From: a virus
Reading direction: 5' to 3' (one strand)
IMG/VR virus record: IMGVR_UViG_3300017613_000484
DNA: 64,000 bases
In this document: positions 25,137 to 34,847 of the stretch, piece by piece
Layout of the letters: each line of letters opens with the position of its first letter
How positions within the stretch are numbered: the first letter of the stretch is position 1
The notes under the pieces: model-generated
Told to the model about the DNA's origin: nothing
Databases searched by the model: none
Seen by the model: only the letters and a program-made list of their open reading frames with translations
Position numbers and translations under genes: made by a program

Positions 25137-26030
25137 CTATGAATAATAATAGTCAATGTCAGACAGCATCTCTTCGATTTCTGCGATTTGATCACCATCA
25201 AAAAAGACTTCCAATGACCTCAACCAATCCTTTGCATGGCTTGCATGTTTATCAGTATCAACCAAGACAGGCATGTTGGTTTGATTCTCTGATCCATCTT
25301 CATGGATTGAATAGACAAAGGCATCTTTGATTTCCAGGGCAACGATGGGAGAAGGAATCTCTTCTTCCTCATCCTCATCGAAGTTGGGAGCATTGACCAA
25401 CTCTTTTGATTTTCTTTTGGCTGGTTTCTTCTGGGGTTTTTCTTCCTGCTGTTCTTCCTGCTGTTCATCATCATCAAAATAAACGGTTTCATCTTCTTCC
25501 GGTGGTGCATCCTCTTCCGGCTCATCAATGTCACCATATTCAGGATTGTCCACAACCTTGCTGGCTGTCTCAATCTCTTCTTCAATGGGATCTTTTTCCG
25601 GCTCAACCAGATCCACTTCTTCATCCTTGGCTTCGGCGGGATCTGCGGGAGGTGCTTGCTCTGATGATTCTTCTTCCACAGTGGAATCAGCATCAACAAG
25701 TTCATCTTCTTCAGTGGTGGGCGGCTCATCATCTTCGGTTGAAGGCGGCTCCTCAGTCTCAACTTCATTCTGGCCTTCGGCTTCAGGATCATAGAAGTTT
25801 TCCTCATAGAACTGTTCCATCTCCTTTGTGATGGTGCCTTTGGGAACTTGCCCTTCATCCTGTCCATCATCAATGAACTCCAAAGCATCCTTGACCTTCA
25901 GGGCCAGGGAAAGAAGGTTGCTGGCTTTGAAGTCTTTCAGGTTGATCTTTTTTCCCTCTGGAACAAATGCAATTTGATTCAATTGTCTTGCAATCTTTTT
26001 GAACTCGACAAATGAGGATTTTATGTTCAT
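25137..26030 (-). CDS. Highly acidic protein
   Basis: 297 aa. The central region is dominated by Asp/Glu/Pro (EEPPSTEDDEPPTTEEDE..., DEPEEDAPPEEDE...). Confidence 0.6.
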   Translation of the reverse strand: MNIKSSFVEFKKIARQLNQIAFVPEGKKINLKDFKASNLLSLALKVKDALEFIDDGQDEGQVPKGTITKEMEQFYEENFYDPEAEGQNEVETEEPPSTEDDEPPTTEEDELVDADSTVEEESSEQAPPADPAEAKDEEVDLVEPEKDPIEEEIETASKVVDNPEYGDIDEPEEDAPPEEDETVYFDDDEQQEEQQEEKPQKKPAKRKSKELVNAPNFDEDEEEEIPSPIVALEIKDAFVYSIHEDGSENQTNMPVLVDTDKHASHAKDWLRSLEVFFDGDQIAEIEEMLSDIDYYYS

Positions 26031-26069
26031 CTTTCAATTTCCTTTCAGGTTGAAGATTGGAGAACGGAA

Positions 26070-27251
26070 CTATTCAGGAAATTCTTTTGAAGAGACTTGA
26101 ACCGATGGGAGCATATAAACAAAGACACCTTTGTCATTTGCTTCAGCATACATTCTGAAGACATCCTCCCAGGAAAGACCTTCAGCGGCTCCCAAGATCA
26201 ACCATCTGATTCCGGTCTTGGCAGAATAGAGTTTCTTCAGGTCAAGATATTTGTCCAGGCTTGAGGCAATCACAAAGTTGGTTCCGCCATTCAGCTTTTT
26301 GTTGACAAGGACTTTGCTGGATGTGGTCACTTGGGCGGGAGTGCTGACCTTGACTCCCAGGAAGATGTTGTCTCCGGTCTGGTTCCAATCAAACTCCTTC
26401 AGCCTTGCGGCTTGGGTTGTGCAAACCATGAAGAAGATGTCAGGGGTTTCATTCATGGCATTGATGACACTTTGAACAAAGGGCTTCTTGTTTGCCTTCT
26501 GCATCAAGTCACCTGTCAGAACAACAATTCTTTCTTCCATTGGTGAATCTGGTTTGGCAACTGCTTTCTTGAGAAGGGTCAGGGCGGCTTCATCTTCGGG
26601 AAGGATTGACCAGATCCAGTTGGCAAAATCAACACCCTTGCCAGCCTTCAGGAATTTGGATTTGGTCTTTGGGGTTTGCTTCTCTTTTTTCTTTATGTCC
26701 TTGTAGGATTGATCAACGGTCTTCTTCTTGGACTTGACTTCCTCTGCCTTGCCTTCTTTGACAACCTTCCTTGCACGGTTCACCTTTGAGACTGAGGTTC
26801 CCAAAGCCTTTGCGGTTTGTTTTGCTGAAGCCTCTTTCTTCTGACCAGCCTTCCGCTTGCCGCCAACGGAATCCACCTTCTCATTCTTTTCGATGTATTC
26901 AACAATTTCTTGTTCCGTGATGTTCCTTCGGTTCCGCTGATTGGCTATGGCATAGGCCAGGGCTTCTTCCTCTGTCTCAAATGTTTTGAAGACACAAGGA
27001 ACTGATTTCCTTTTGCCAACGGCTTCTGCCGCCATGAGCCTTGTGTGTCCATCAAGGCAGACATGCTTTTTCCTGTCTTTGTTTTTCCGCCAAAGGGCAA
27101 CCGGAAAGGCTTTGTCAAAGCCGTTCTTCTCCATGTCTTCTTGGATGGTGAAGAGGGTTTCATCTTCAATGTTGAACAGACCATCAAAAGGTTTCCTTCT
27201 CTCAATCTCATTGATTTCAACAAGACTGCTCCCGCCTGCTTTTGTTGCCAT
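26070..27251 (-). CDS. ParB/Srx-domain protein with Lys-rich linker and unknown C-terminal domain
   Basis: VCLDGHTRLMAA is the ParB N-terminal motif. 393 aa. Confidence 0.7.
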   Translation of the reverse strand: MATKAGGSSLVEINEIERRKPFDGLFNIEDETLFTIQEDMEKNGFDKAFPVALWRKNKDRKKHVCLDGHTRLMAAEAVGKRKSVPCVFKTFETEEEALAYAIANQRNRRNITEQEIVEYIEKNEKVDSVGGKRKAGQKKEASAKQTAKALGTSVSKVNRARKVVKEGKAEEVKSKKKTVDQSYKDIKKKEKQTPKTKSKFLKAGKGVDFANWIWSILPEDEAALTLLKKAVAKPDSPMEERIVVLTGDLMQKANKKPFVQSVINAMNETPDIFFMVCTTQAARLKEFDWNQTGDNIFLGVKVSTPAQVTTSSKVLVNKKLNGGTNFVIASSLDKYLDLKKLYSAKTGIRWLILGAAEGLSWEDVFRMYAEANDKGVFVYMLPSVQVSSKEFPE

Positions 27252-27335
27252 CTTGACTCCTTTCTTGTTTACTGCTTGGGGTTTTCAAAAAATGAAAAAA
27301 CGTGCTGATTTTTATTGAGAAAAAAAGAATAGGCC

Positions 27336-27364
27336 ATTATATTGATAATCAGCACAAAACACAA
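27336..27364 (-). promoter_or_regulatory. Candidate sigma70-type promoter for the ParB-like gene
   Basis: Minus strand reads TTGTGT-17 nt-TATAAT. It is flanked by a 9-bp inverted repeat, GTGCTGATT (27302-27310) / AATCAGCAC (27347-27355). Confidence 0.35.
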
Positions 27365-27427
27365 TCAATTTTTTTAATAATTTTAATAATATTAAAATGA
27401 TTTTTTCTCGTTCAATGTGGCAAAGGG

Positions 27428-27455
27428 TTTTCAAAATTTGCGGCAAATTTTGAAA
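27428..27455. promoter_or_regulatory. Palindrome copy P2
   Basis: TTTTCAAAATTTGC-G-GCAAATTTTGAAA, ending 1 nt from the helicase stop codon (27457-27459). Confidence 0.85.
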
Positions 27456-27456
27456 G

Positions 27457-29070
27457 TCAACTGGTCAGCCATTCAGCATCCAAGATTGGTTGGGATACAT
27501 ACAAATTTTGACAACAAACCAGAAATCTTTTTTCATTGAATCGTTGATGCCGGTGAAGCAGGCAATTCAATCTGATCAATCCATATTCCCTTTCAATGTC
27601 TGAACACTGAATGCCAATCAAGCTGTCAACGGTTCCAGCCTTCCGAATATCTTCAGCAAGGTTCACGGTTCCAAAGGTGTCCTTCTCCATTCCCTGTCTG
27701 TTTGTCTGGGTTGCTGTGGTCACATTTATATTCTTTGTCTGGGCAAGACTCTTCAAAGATTGCCAGATGTCATTCAACTGATTTCTCAGGGAGTCTTGTC
27801 TTGTTGAAGAACTGAGCAGATCAGCATAGTCAATCACCACAAGATCAGGAATGAAATTATACATGAGCCGGATTCTGTTCACCTCTTCAATGATGTCATT
27901 GACTGATGTGGTGTAGCACGGATGGCAGACATAAAAAAAATTGGAACTGTAGATCCCTGAGAATGCTTCCGCCTGTTTCATGAGCAGATCATTTGACCAT
28001 TCATCCAAATCAAAATTCTCCCGATGAAAAGCCAATTGAAAATTCCCTCTGAGCCTTTCCCTTGTTCGGCAATAATCACAGCGTTGATAATCAGGATCAA
28101 CATATTTGCTTTGCATGTTGGAGAGAGCAACCTTCAGCTTGTTGACTGCGTTGCCTTTGGTGATCGGTGAGTCAAGGGTTCCACTGTCAAGGGTGATGTC
28201 ATTTTCCCTGTAGGGCAATTCACAAGAACCATTTTGATTCTTCATGCAATCAAAGAGGGTCTGATTGATGTTTGTCTTTTTTCTCAGCCTGCCTGACAGC
28301 CTTGTCATGATCCTTGATTCAATGTCAACCTTGCTCATCTCAAGAGATATGAACAGAACCTTCATGCCACTTTCAACCGCCTGGAATGCAGACTCCATCA
28401 AGAGGAAACTTTTGCCGGATTTCATTGGCCCCATGAAGCTGACAAGATGCCCTCTCTTGAATGGCCCCATGAGTGCTTCAATCTTGTTTCCATAACTGCT
28501 GAAACGTGGTGCCATAGAAAACAGGATGTCTGATCCATCGGAGTTCTTCAGCATTGACAGAACACCTTCAATGGAAACTTGGTTCAAAGGAACTCTCAAC
28601 TCTGTGATCATTCTTTCAGAGATTCCATCAATGAGTTCCTTGGCATCTTCAACTTTGTTTTTCTCCAATAGAAAAAGAACATCCTTCGAAGTGATTTCCA
28701 AAGTTCTCTTCTGAAAATATTCTCTGGACAAATCCAAATAATATTCAGCATTGAAAGAGGGATCTTCTGAAAGATCAGAATACATTTCATTGAGGGTGAG
28801 AAAGAAATCCTCAATGGATTTTATGAACTCAGGATCATTGATCTTCTTTTTCTTCTGATCGAATAGAGTTCTGATTGCCCTGCCAGGAGCCTTGGAATAT
28901 TTGTCATAATATTCAATGCAGGCTTCCACAAGAAAATCCAGATAGGGTGATTTCATATAGCCTTTTCGATAGATGGGCCGAATCTCTTCAATATATTTAT
29001 TTGAGATGATCATCCCAATGGCAATGTTCATCTCTTCACGGACATCAAAGTTTTGAATTTCCAGATCCAT
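27457..29070 (-). CDS. DnaB-family replicative helicase
   Basis: GPMKSGKSFLL (Walker A), LFISLEMS (DnaB H1a), VVIDYADLL (Walker B). 537 aa. Confidence 0.85.
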   Translation of the reverse strand: MDLEIQNFDVREEMNIAIGMIISNKYIEEIRPIYRKGYMKSPYLDFLVEACIEYYDKYSKAPGRAIRTLFDQKKKKINDPEFIKSIEDFFLTLNEMYSDLSEDPSFNAEYYLDLSREYFQKRTLEITSKDVLFLLEKNKVEDAKELIDGISERMITELRVPLNQVSIEGVLSMLKNSDGSDILFSMAPRFSSYGNKIEALMGPFKRGHLVSFMGPMKSGKSFLLMESAFQAVESGMKVLFISLEMSKVDIESRIMTRLSGRLRKKTNINQTLFDCMKNQNGSCELPYRENDITLDSGTLDSPITKGNAVNKLKVALSNMQSKYVDPDYQRCDYCRTRERLRGNFQLAFHRENFDLDEWSNDLLMKQAEAFSGIYSSNFFYVCHPCYTTSVNDIIEEVNRIRLMYNFIPDLVVIDYADLLSSSTRQDSLRNQLNDIWQSLKSLAQTKNINVTTATQTNRQGMEKDTFGTVNLAEDIRKAGTVDSLIGIQCSDIEREYGLIRLNCLLHRHQRFNEKRFLVCCQNLYVSQPILDAEWLTS

Positions 29071-29082
29071 AGACAGCTTCCT

Positions 29083-30468
29083 TTATAACTTTTCAAGTGA
29101 TCCCTTCCTGACAAAATATTTTTCCATCTGATAATAGAAATTTTCACTGGCAAGATAATGAAATTGCAGATCATCTTCTTCCACTCTTTCAAGCAAATAA
29201 AGGGCGGCATATTCAGAGAAAAATTCCTGGGCATTTGAAAAACAATTCAGGAGCAGGGTTCCAAATCCGTTGGTGTAAAATTTATATTTTGACTCATAGA
29301 GATTTTCCAGAATGGAAACCATCTTTGGCATCAATAGAAGTTTTTCATTGGGCGGATCTTCCTGGGCATACTTCTTCCAGACATTAAGGATCAGGGATTC
29401 TTTTTCATTGAGGGGTTTTGCCGTTGGGCCGGATGCAAGAATGGCCTTGGCTTGCACAAATCCTTTCAGACAGATTGAGAATAGGCTTTTATTTTCAAGA
29501 AGGATTTTTGCTTCAGGGAGGGGATTGTTGGAAAGCACCTTTTTGGCATAGGGGCTGGTGACAAAGAAACCATCAATGCCAATATTGACTGCGGAGTTCA
29601 ATTGAATGGATGTTTGAGGATAGGTGAAAACGGTGAAGGGTTCTTTCAACAAGTCATCATAGACAGCCATTGATTCTTTTATTCTCTCCGGTGGAAATTC
29701 TTTCAAGGCTTTGTTCAGTTGGATCATGGCGGTTTCAGTTGACTTCATTTTCCATCTGGTCTTCCTGACATTCGGCAGGGTCAACCAATATCGGAACAGG
29801 CGGCAAGGGATCGGCCAGTTGTCCAGGCAATAGCGTTCAGTCAGATAATGATATTTTGGTTTGTTGGCTTCCATCTCAAAGACTCTTTTGTTTCGGATGG
29901 ACTCCTTCAATCTCTGGGTTCTCTTCTCTTTGGATGGCAAGGAACTTTCATCTCTTCTGTCAAGGGACATGGCTTCACCTTCTTTCAAGGAATCTTCGGT
30001 GAACCCGCAAGGGTTCGAATTATGAAATAATTCCTCCTTGGACTCTTGTTTGATTAACTCTAATTTTGTGCATAGATTTTCTCTGCTCTTGTCCATAGAT
30101 TTTCTATGCACCAGTGCATAGATTTCAGCCTCATGAATCCGATAGAAATTCTTGGCAGGCAGACCTTTCTTGACAACCGTGATGATCCCCAGATCCTTGA
30201 GGGTCTTGATGATTCTGAAGTGGGTGTTGTTTGAAATGGTCATGAGGGTTTGGAACTGAGGCAGGGTGAAGAAGATTTCAGAGTCCTTGTCAAAGCCTTC
30301 CTTTGTTTTGATCAGAGTGGCTTGCTTCTTCAGCAGAATGCAGAGCCATTCAGCCGCCTTGTTTCCCAAGGATCTGCTCAAGCTGTGGATGTTCAGATAA
30401 AAGCCGGAATCAAGAGTCTTGATTCTGTCAAGAGGGGTTTGAACAATAGGGGCAGGATTTCCGTTCAC
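29083..30468 (-). CDS. Winged-helix protein, candidate replication initiator / helicase loader
   Basis: FFTLPQFQTLMTISNNTHFRIIKTLKDLGIITVVKKG. Lies immediately upstream of the helicase gene. Confidence 0.55.
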   Translation of the reverse strand: MNGNPAPIVQTPLDRIKTLDSGFYLNIHSLSRSLGNKAAEWLCILLKKQATLIKTKEGFDKDSEIFFTLPQFQTLMTISNNTHFRIIKTLKDLGIITVVKKGLPAKNFYRIHEAEIYALVHRKSMDKSRENLCTKLELIKQESKEELFHNSNPCGFTEDSLKEGEAMSLDRRDESSLPSKEKRTQRLKESIRNKRVFEMEANKPKYHYLTERYCLDNWPIPCRLFRYWLTLPNVRKTRWKMKSTETAMIQLNKALKEFPPERIKESMAVYDDLLKEPFTVFTYPQTSIQLNSAVNIGIDGFFVTSPYAKKVLSNNPLPEAKILLENKSLFSICLKGFVQAKAILASGPTAKPLNEKESLILNVWKKYAQEDPPNEKLLLMPKMVSILENLYESKYKFYTNGFGTLLLNCFSNAQEFFSEYAALYLLERVEEDDLQFHYLASENFYYQMEKYFVRKGSLEKL

Positions 30469-30560
30469 GGCAAGACCTCCTTTGAAACTTTTATAATGTT
30501 TAGAATTTCAACTGAGATGCGGAGCAGAAAGGGCCACTTCAGAAAGTGGCTAAAAGAGGA

Positions 30561-30589
30561 TTGACTTTTTTTTGGGAATATCGGAGAAT
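30561..30589 (+). promoter_or_regulatory. Orphan sigma70-like promoter on the plus strand
   Basis: TTGACT (30561-30566), 17-nt spacer, GAGAAT (30584-30589). No plus-strand ORF follows. Confidence 0.3.
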
Positions 30590-30657
30590 GTGGGCATCTT
30601 TAGGTTTTCCGGCGAAAGAATACCTGGATGAAGAAGGCCCACACAGGCCGATAAAGA

Positions 30658-30697
30658 AAGCCACTCTACTTCTGAAGAGTGGCTTTTCTTTTTTTAT
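30658..30697 (+). terminator. Intrinsic terminator (strong on plus, weaker on minus)
   Basis: AAGCCACTCT (30658-30667) pairs with AGAGTGGCTT (30676-30685). 8-nt loop, then TTTTCTTTTTTTATT. On the minus strand it is followed by TTCTTTAT. Confidence 0.6.
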
Positions 30698-30872
30698 TCT
30701 CAAAAAATAATTTCACTTGTTTGGCAATCAGGTCATCTGGTGCGGCTGTGATCCTTTTGATGTGAATGTGCATTGCAGTTTCCAAAAAATCTTTCTTGTG
30801 GATGTCCTTGATCCCTTCTGCCAAACAGTCAAGCAATTCTTTTATCTGCTCAATCTTCTCAATTGTTCCCAC
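30666..30872 (-). CDS. Hypothetical small protein
   Basis: 68 aa from GTG 30872 (GGAG 7 nt upstream). The 3' end overlaps the terminator hairpin. Confidence 0.35.
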   Translation of the reverse strand: MGTIEKIEQIKELLDCLAEGIKDIHKKDFLETAMHIHIKRITAAPDDLIAKQVKLFFENKKRKATLQK

Positions 30873-30950
30873 CAACAATCTCCGGTGAAAAAAACTATCT
30901 ATACAAATTATAGATTGATCCGATGATCATACAAATAAACAAGACAAAGA

Positions 30951-31859
30951 TCAAGAGTCTTTTAGAAAATCTATATACCTTAGTTCCTCACCGTTCAAAT
31001 TATCGGCATCACCTTTTTTCAACAACACCGCAACTGGAATTATTCCGTGGGAACTCAGGCGGTTTCCCAAATCTTCTGTTTCCTTTCTGGCATCTGAATC
31101 AAGAATGATGATCACCTTCCTGGGATCTTTTTCCAAGATCATGTTGAACTGAGCATTGGTGATCTTCTTGCCCATCAACCCAACTGCATTTTCTCCAAGC
31201 CGCCACACATCAAGGATGCCTTCAGTGATCAACATTGAATCACCCTGCTTCACTGAGTCAATGTTGTAGAGAGTTTGCTTTGTGGTGATGATTGAATTTT
31301 TCTCAGGGCAATTCACATATTTTGGTTTGCCCTCTTCTCTGATGAGTCTGATTGCAACATAAGTGACAAGCACACTGTTCAAATAAAAAGGAACAATAAT
31401 AGACCAAGGAATTTGGGCGGAACTGTGGCTTGGTTTCAGGTCATATTTTTTTATGGTGGAATCAGGGTTGTGTTTTCTGGATTTCAGAAATTGGATGTGA
31501 AGATCAGGCCAGTTGTCAGCCAGGAGGGGAAGTTTGACAAGATGTGTTTTTGGTGCGGGAGTTTTCCTTTCTCTGTGCAAGAAAGGAACTTGAAATTTTT
31601 CTATGATTTCATAAATGACTTGGCGGCTTGGGTTCCCTTCAATTTCTTTTATCAGAGAATAGAGGGAACCCGAAGCACCACACCGCCAGCAGTTGAAGAA
31701 CTTCCCTTCAAGATTGATCCCAAAATGGTTTGAAGGGTCATTGCAGAAAAGACATTTTGTTCCGATCCAACCCGCTGAAATGTTCTTCCCTTCGGCTTCA
31801 AAAGGGATGTCAGAGTCAGTCAAATAGTCTTCAATTGAGAAATTGAGGGTTCTGTCCAT
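30951..31859 (-). CDS. DnaG/T7-gp4-type primase (zinc finger + TOPRIM)
   Basis: CLFCNDPSNHFG...CWRCGASG zinc finger. TOPRIM motifs ITEGILDVW and IIILDSD. Confidence 0.85.
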   Translation of the reverse strand: MDRTLNFSIEDYLTDSDIPFEAEGKNISAGWIGTKCLFCNDPSNHFGINLEGKFFNCWRCGASGSLYSLIKEIEGNPSRQVIYEIIEKFQVPFLHRERKTPAPKTHLVKLPLLADNWPDLHIQFLKSRKHNPDSTIKKYDLKPSHSSAQIPWSIIVPFYLNSVLVTYVAIRLIREEGKPKYVNCPEKNSIITTKQTLYNIDSVKQGDSMLITEGILDVWRLGENAVGLMGKKITNAQFNMILEKDPRKVIIILDSDARKETEDLGNRLSSHGIIPVAVLLKKGDADNLNGEELRYIDFLKDS

Positions 31860-31978
31860 AGGATTCCTTCAAAATGTCCTGGGAAACAGCGGAAACGGGT
31901 GATCCTGGCGCATATCCTGGCAAGACTATATCAGATGACCTGGGGAAAGCCAAGCCCTTCAGAACGGCTCCTGCTTGC

Positions 31979-32443
31979 TCACAGGGGAGAGGCAAAAGCC
32001 GTTCTATATAGCATCCAATCCAGGGGCTTCCCATTCAGGATGGTGGGAGTTCTGCCGATCAGGAAAGGGCCAAGGCTGTCAGCGGTTGTGAGTCCATTTT
32101 CAATGACTCCTGGCAGGCTCAAATCAAGGATGTTGTTTCCATCCAGTTGAAGCCAGCAATGAAATTCCAAAGGCGGATTGAAGTGGAATCCATATTCAGA
32201 TTCCAGGTCAGAACTTTGGATCATGAGGCTTCCAAAACAAATGAAGGCAGAGTTGGGAAGGAAGCCTGCGGCAATCTTTGCTTTCCTGTCACAGTCAAAG
32301 AAACGGTTCAACCCAACCAGCTTGGAAAAGATTCCTCTGATGATTTCTTCCTTCAGGAAGTCACCCTGGATTTCATAATCTTCATTGCCGGTCAAAACTG
32401 GATCATGTTTTTCCCTTGTGGAAAAAGCTGTGGTCACTTTCAT
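31979..32443 (-). CDS. Hypothetical protein
   Basis: 154-aa ORF with no motif. Confidence 0.55.
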   Translation of the reverse strand: MKVTTAFSTREKHDPVLTGNEDYEIQGDFLKEEIIRGIFSKLVGLNRFFDCDRKAKIAAGFLPNSAFICFGSLMIQSSDLESEYGFHFNPPLEFHCWLQLDGNNILDLSLPGVIENGLTTADSLGPFLIGRTPTILNGKPLDWMLYRTAFASPL

Positions 32444-32461
32444 TTTGTTGCCCTCTCTTTT

Positions 32462-33832
32462 TCACAGCCATCCTTGGTCTTGATAAATTTGAAGCCGATG
32501 GATGCAATGGCTGGCAAGATAGTGATAGGGATCAAGGAAGTCCACAATGATTGCTTCCTCTTTGCCTTCGGCCAAACGGAAGGCTCTGCCGATTCCTTGC
32601 AACGTGCTGATTTCTGATTTCAACCCTGCGGCATAGACGATGACATCAAGGGTTGGAATGTCAATGCCTTCCTTCCAGGTTGCCGTTGCAATGACTGTTT
32701 TGATTTTCTTCTTGATGAACAGTTGCCGGATCTGCTCCTTGTCTTCGGTTGCATACTGAACAAACACCGCTTGCTGTCCTGCGTTCTCAAATAGCTTCAG
32801 CAGTTGGTTCCCATGTTCAATCTCTTTGACGATGACAAGACAGGTCTTTCCCTGCTCGTTGTATCTGGTAATATTTTTCAGGATGATTCTGTTCCTTGTC
32901 AGATTCTTCACAACTCCGTTGACATAGATGTCAGAATATTTTCTATAGTTTGCAATGGCTGTGTTGTATGGAACTTTTTCAAGTCTCACTTTTGGTTTCA
33001 CAAGCACCTTCCTTCTCACTCCTTCCTTGATTGAAAATTTGTTGAGAACAGGGCCAAGCAAGCCTTCAGAAAAAAGAACCTTCTCCTTCTCCTTGTGAAG
33101 TGTTGCGGTGAATCCGAACCGTGCGGGTGCTGTGTTGACCTTCAGGAATTTTCCATAGGATGATTTGTCAGAGAAACAGTGATGGGCTTCATCAACAATG
33201 ATCATGTCAAAATAGGTTGAATAGTTCTTGGCAATCCTTGACATGGTTTGAATGGTTGCACAGACAACTTGACCAGACAAGTCTTTTTCTTTCCCTGTGA
33301 ACCTTGAGGTCTTGATCCCAAGTTTTTCCATCTCAACTGAAACCTGATTGATGATTGCCACACTGTGACAGAGGAACAAAACTTTTTTGGTTGAGCCATA
33401 TGAATTGATGATGCCCATTGCAATGATTGTTTTGCCTGCTCCTGTGGCGGCTTGAATTATTCCTCTGCCTTTGGTGATGGCATTCCTGATGATTGTCTTC
33501 TGATAATCTCTCAAGGTGATTTCACCGATGGAATCAACCTTTGGATTCAGGATGGTCAACTGCTCTGATTCATTCTCAACCGTGATGCCAAAGTTTCGAT
33601 TGGCAAGGGACTTCTCAACCCTTGGAAGCAGGCCGGTCAAGAACTGGCCTGTCTTCCGGTTGATGGCATAGGCGGGAACGATCCTCTTCCGCTTGCCCTT
33701 GGGACTTGGAAGGATGATTGTTTTTTTGAACTCAAGGAACTTGGCAATGTGTGGGATCAGGTCTTTGCTTGCTTGGCAATAGACAGGATTCATGACAGTG
33801 ATTGTTTTTGTGTTCATTTTGTTTTCCTTCAT
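32462..33832 (-). CDS. Superfamily-2 DNA helicase (DEAH box, UvsW/RecG-like)
   Basis: AATGAGKT (I), VDEAHH (II), GFTATL (III), QGIGRAFR (VI). Confidence 0.85.
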   Translation of the reverse strand: MKENKMNTKTITVMNPVYCQASKDLIPHIAKFLEFKKTIILPSPKGKRKRIVPAYAINRKTGQFLTGLLPRVEKSLANRNFGITVENESEQLTILNPKVDSIGEITLRDYQKTIIRNAITKGRGIIQAATGAGKTIIAMGIINSYGSTKKVLFLCHSVAIINQVSVEMEKLGIKTSRFTGKEKDLSGQVVCATIQTMSRIAKNYSTYFDMIIVDEAHHCFSDKSSYGKFLKVNTAPARFGFTATLHKEKEKVLFSEGLLGPVLNKFSIKEGVRRKVLVKPKVRLEKVPYNTAIANYRKYSDIYVNGVVKNLTRNRIILKNITRYNEQGKTCLVIVKEIEHGNQLLKLFENAGQQAVFVQYATEDKEQIRQLFIKKKIKTVIATATWKEGIDIPTLDVIVYAAGLKSEISTLQGIGRAFRLAEGKEEAIIVDFLDPYHYLASHCIHRLQIYQDQGWL

Positions 33833-34323
33833 TGGGCGGCGGCTTTCAGATCAGTCTCAGGGGCTTTCCATTTTTTGATTGGTTCATTGTCTCGAATGGA
33901 GTTCTCCTTTGACCATTGCCAGATCCTTCCATAAATTACTTTCGGAGTGATGTGTCCATCCTTCTTGTAATATTTTTCCTTGAGGATTTCCGCCTGCCTG
34001 AAACTTCTGGAATATTTGTCTTGAAATTCTCTGAGCCATCTGCGTTTCATCAACTCAGGATTATATTTCTTTTTCTCCTTCTCCTCTTTTATTTTGAGAA
34101 CAGTTTGCTTGGCTTCCGCTTTCAGTTTGTTCAGGTGTTTCATGTCCATTGATACTCTCCCAGGTTTGGTGTTGCCGGTTGTCTCCTTAATTTTCAAGGA
34201 TGGTTGGAGTTTCCTTCTCTTCATTGATGAACAGGTTGCCAATTGCTTCATCTTGGCAACCCTTGCAAGCCACATCTGAGCCTTCTGTTCTTCTTGGGCA
34301 GGAATCACATTCCGGCCAATCAT
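33829..34323 (-). CDS. Hypothetical basic protein
   Basis: 164 aa, Lys/Arg-rich. Confidence 0.55.
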   Translation of the reverse strand: MIGRNVIPAQEEQKAQMWLARVAKMKQLATCSSMKRRKLQPSLKIKETTGNTKPGRVSMDMKHLNKLKAEAKQTVLKIKEEKEKKKYNPELMKRRWLREFQDKYSRSFRQAEILKEKYYKKDGHITPKVIYGRIWQWSKENSIRDNEPIKKWKAPETDLKAAAQ

Positions 34324-34356
34324 TTCTTGTCATGGCTGGTTCCTTTCTGAGATTGA

Positions 34357-34647
34357 TCAGTCAACCTTCCATCCATCATTGATGATTGCTTCAATGGTAG
34401 AATAGACAGTTGAGGGAAGGCTTTCAAACTCCTTCATGGTTTTCGGCAACATCAAGATGTTGGCTTTGTGAACAGTGGTTGGATTGTTTGCATGGATGAC
34501 ACCTTCTTCCATGTCAGGGAATGGCCCTCTCTTCAATGGCAGGAACGGGAAGCAAGGCCAGAGTTGCGGATTTTTTATCATGCCTACATCATCACGATAG
34601 ATCATTATTTCTCTTTCTTCTGCTGTCAAATCTTCAGGTTGTTTCAT
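34357..34647 (-). CDS. Hypothetical protein
   Basis: 96 aa from ATG 34647 (AAGGAGA RBS). Confidence 0.55.
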   Translation of the reverse strand: MKQPEDLTAEEREIMIYRDDVGMIKNPQLWPCFPFLPLKRGPFPDMEEGVIHANNPTTVHKANILMLPKTMKEFESLPSTVYSTIEAIINDGWKVD

Positions 34648-34658
34648 TGTGGTTCTCC

Positions 34659-34847
34659 TTATTCGTTGAGATAACAAACATAAAAAACATCCGAATTGTT
34701 TTGAGAGGAATTGCGCCTTGCATATTCCGCTGTTTTTTCCTTTGCTTCTTCTGCGGAGCCTGTGAAGTGTTCTGTGATTCTGGATTTCTCAAGTGTTGCT
34801 TTTCCGGCAATCAGAGTGACTTCAACCACAGTGAGGTTTGCCTTCAT
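34659..34847 (-). CDS. Hypothetical small protein
   Basis: 62-aa ORF with an ATGA overlap upstream. Confidence 0.5.
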   Translation of the reverse strand: MKANLTVVEVTLIAGKATLEKSRITEHFTGSAEEAKEKTAEYARRNSSQNNSDVFYVCYLNE

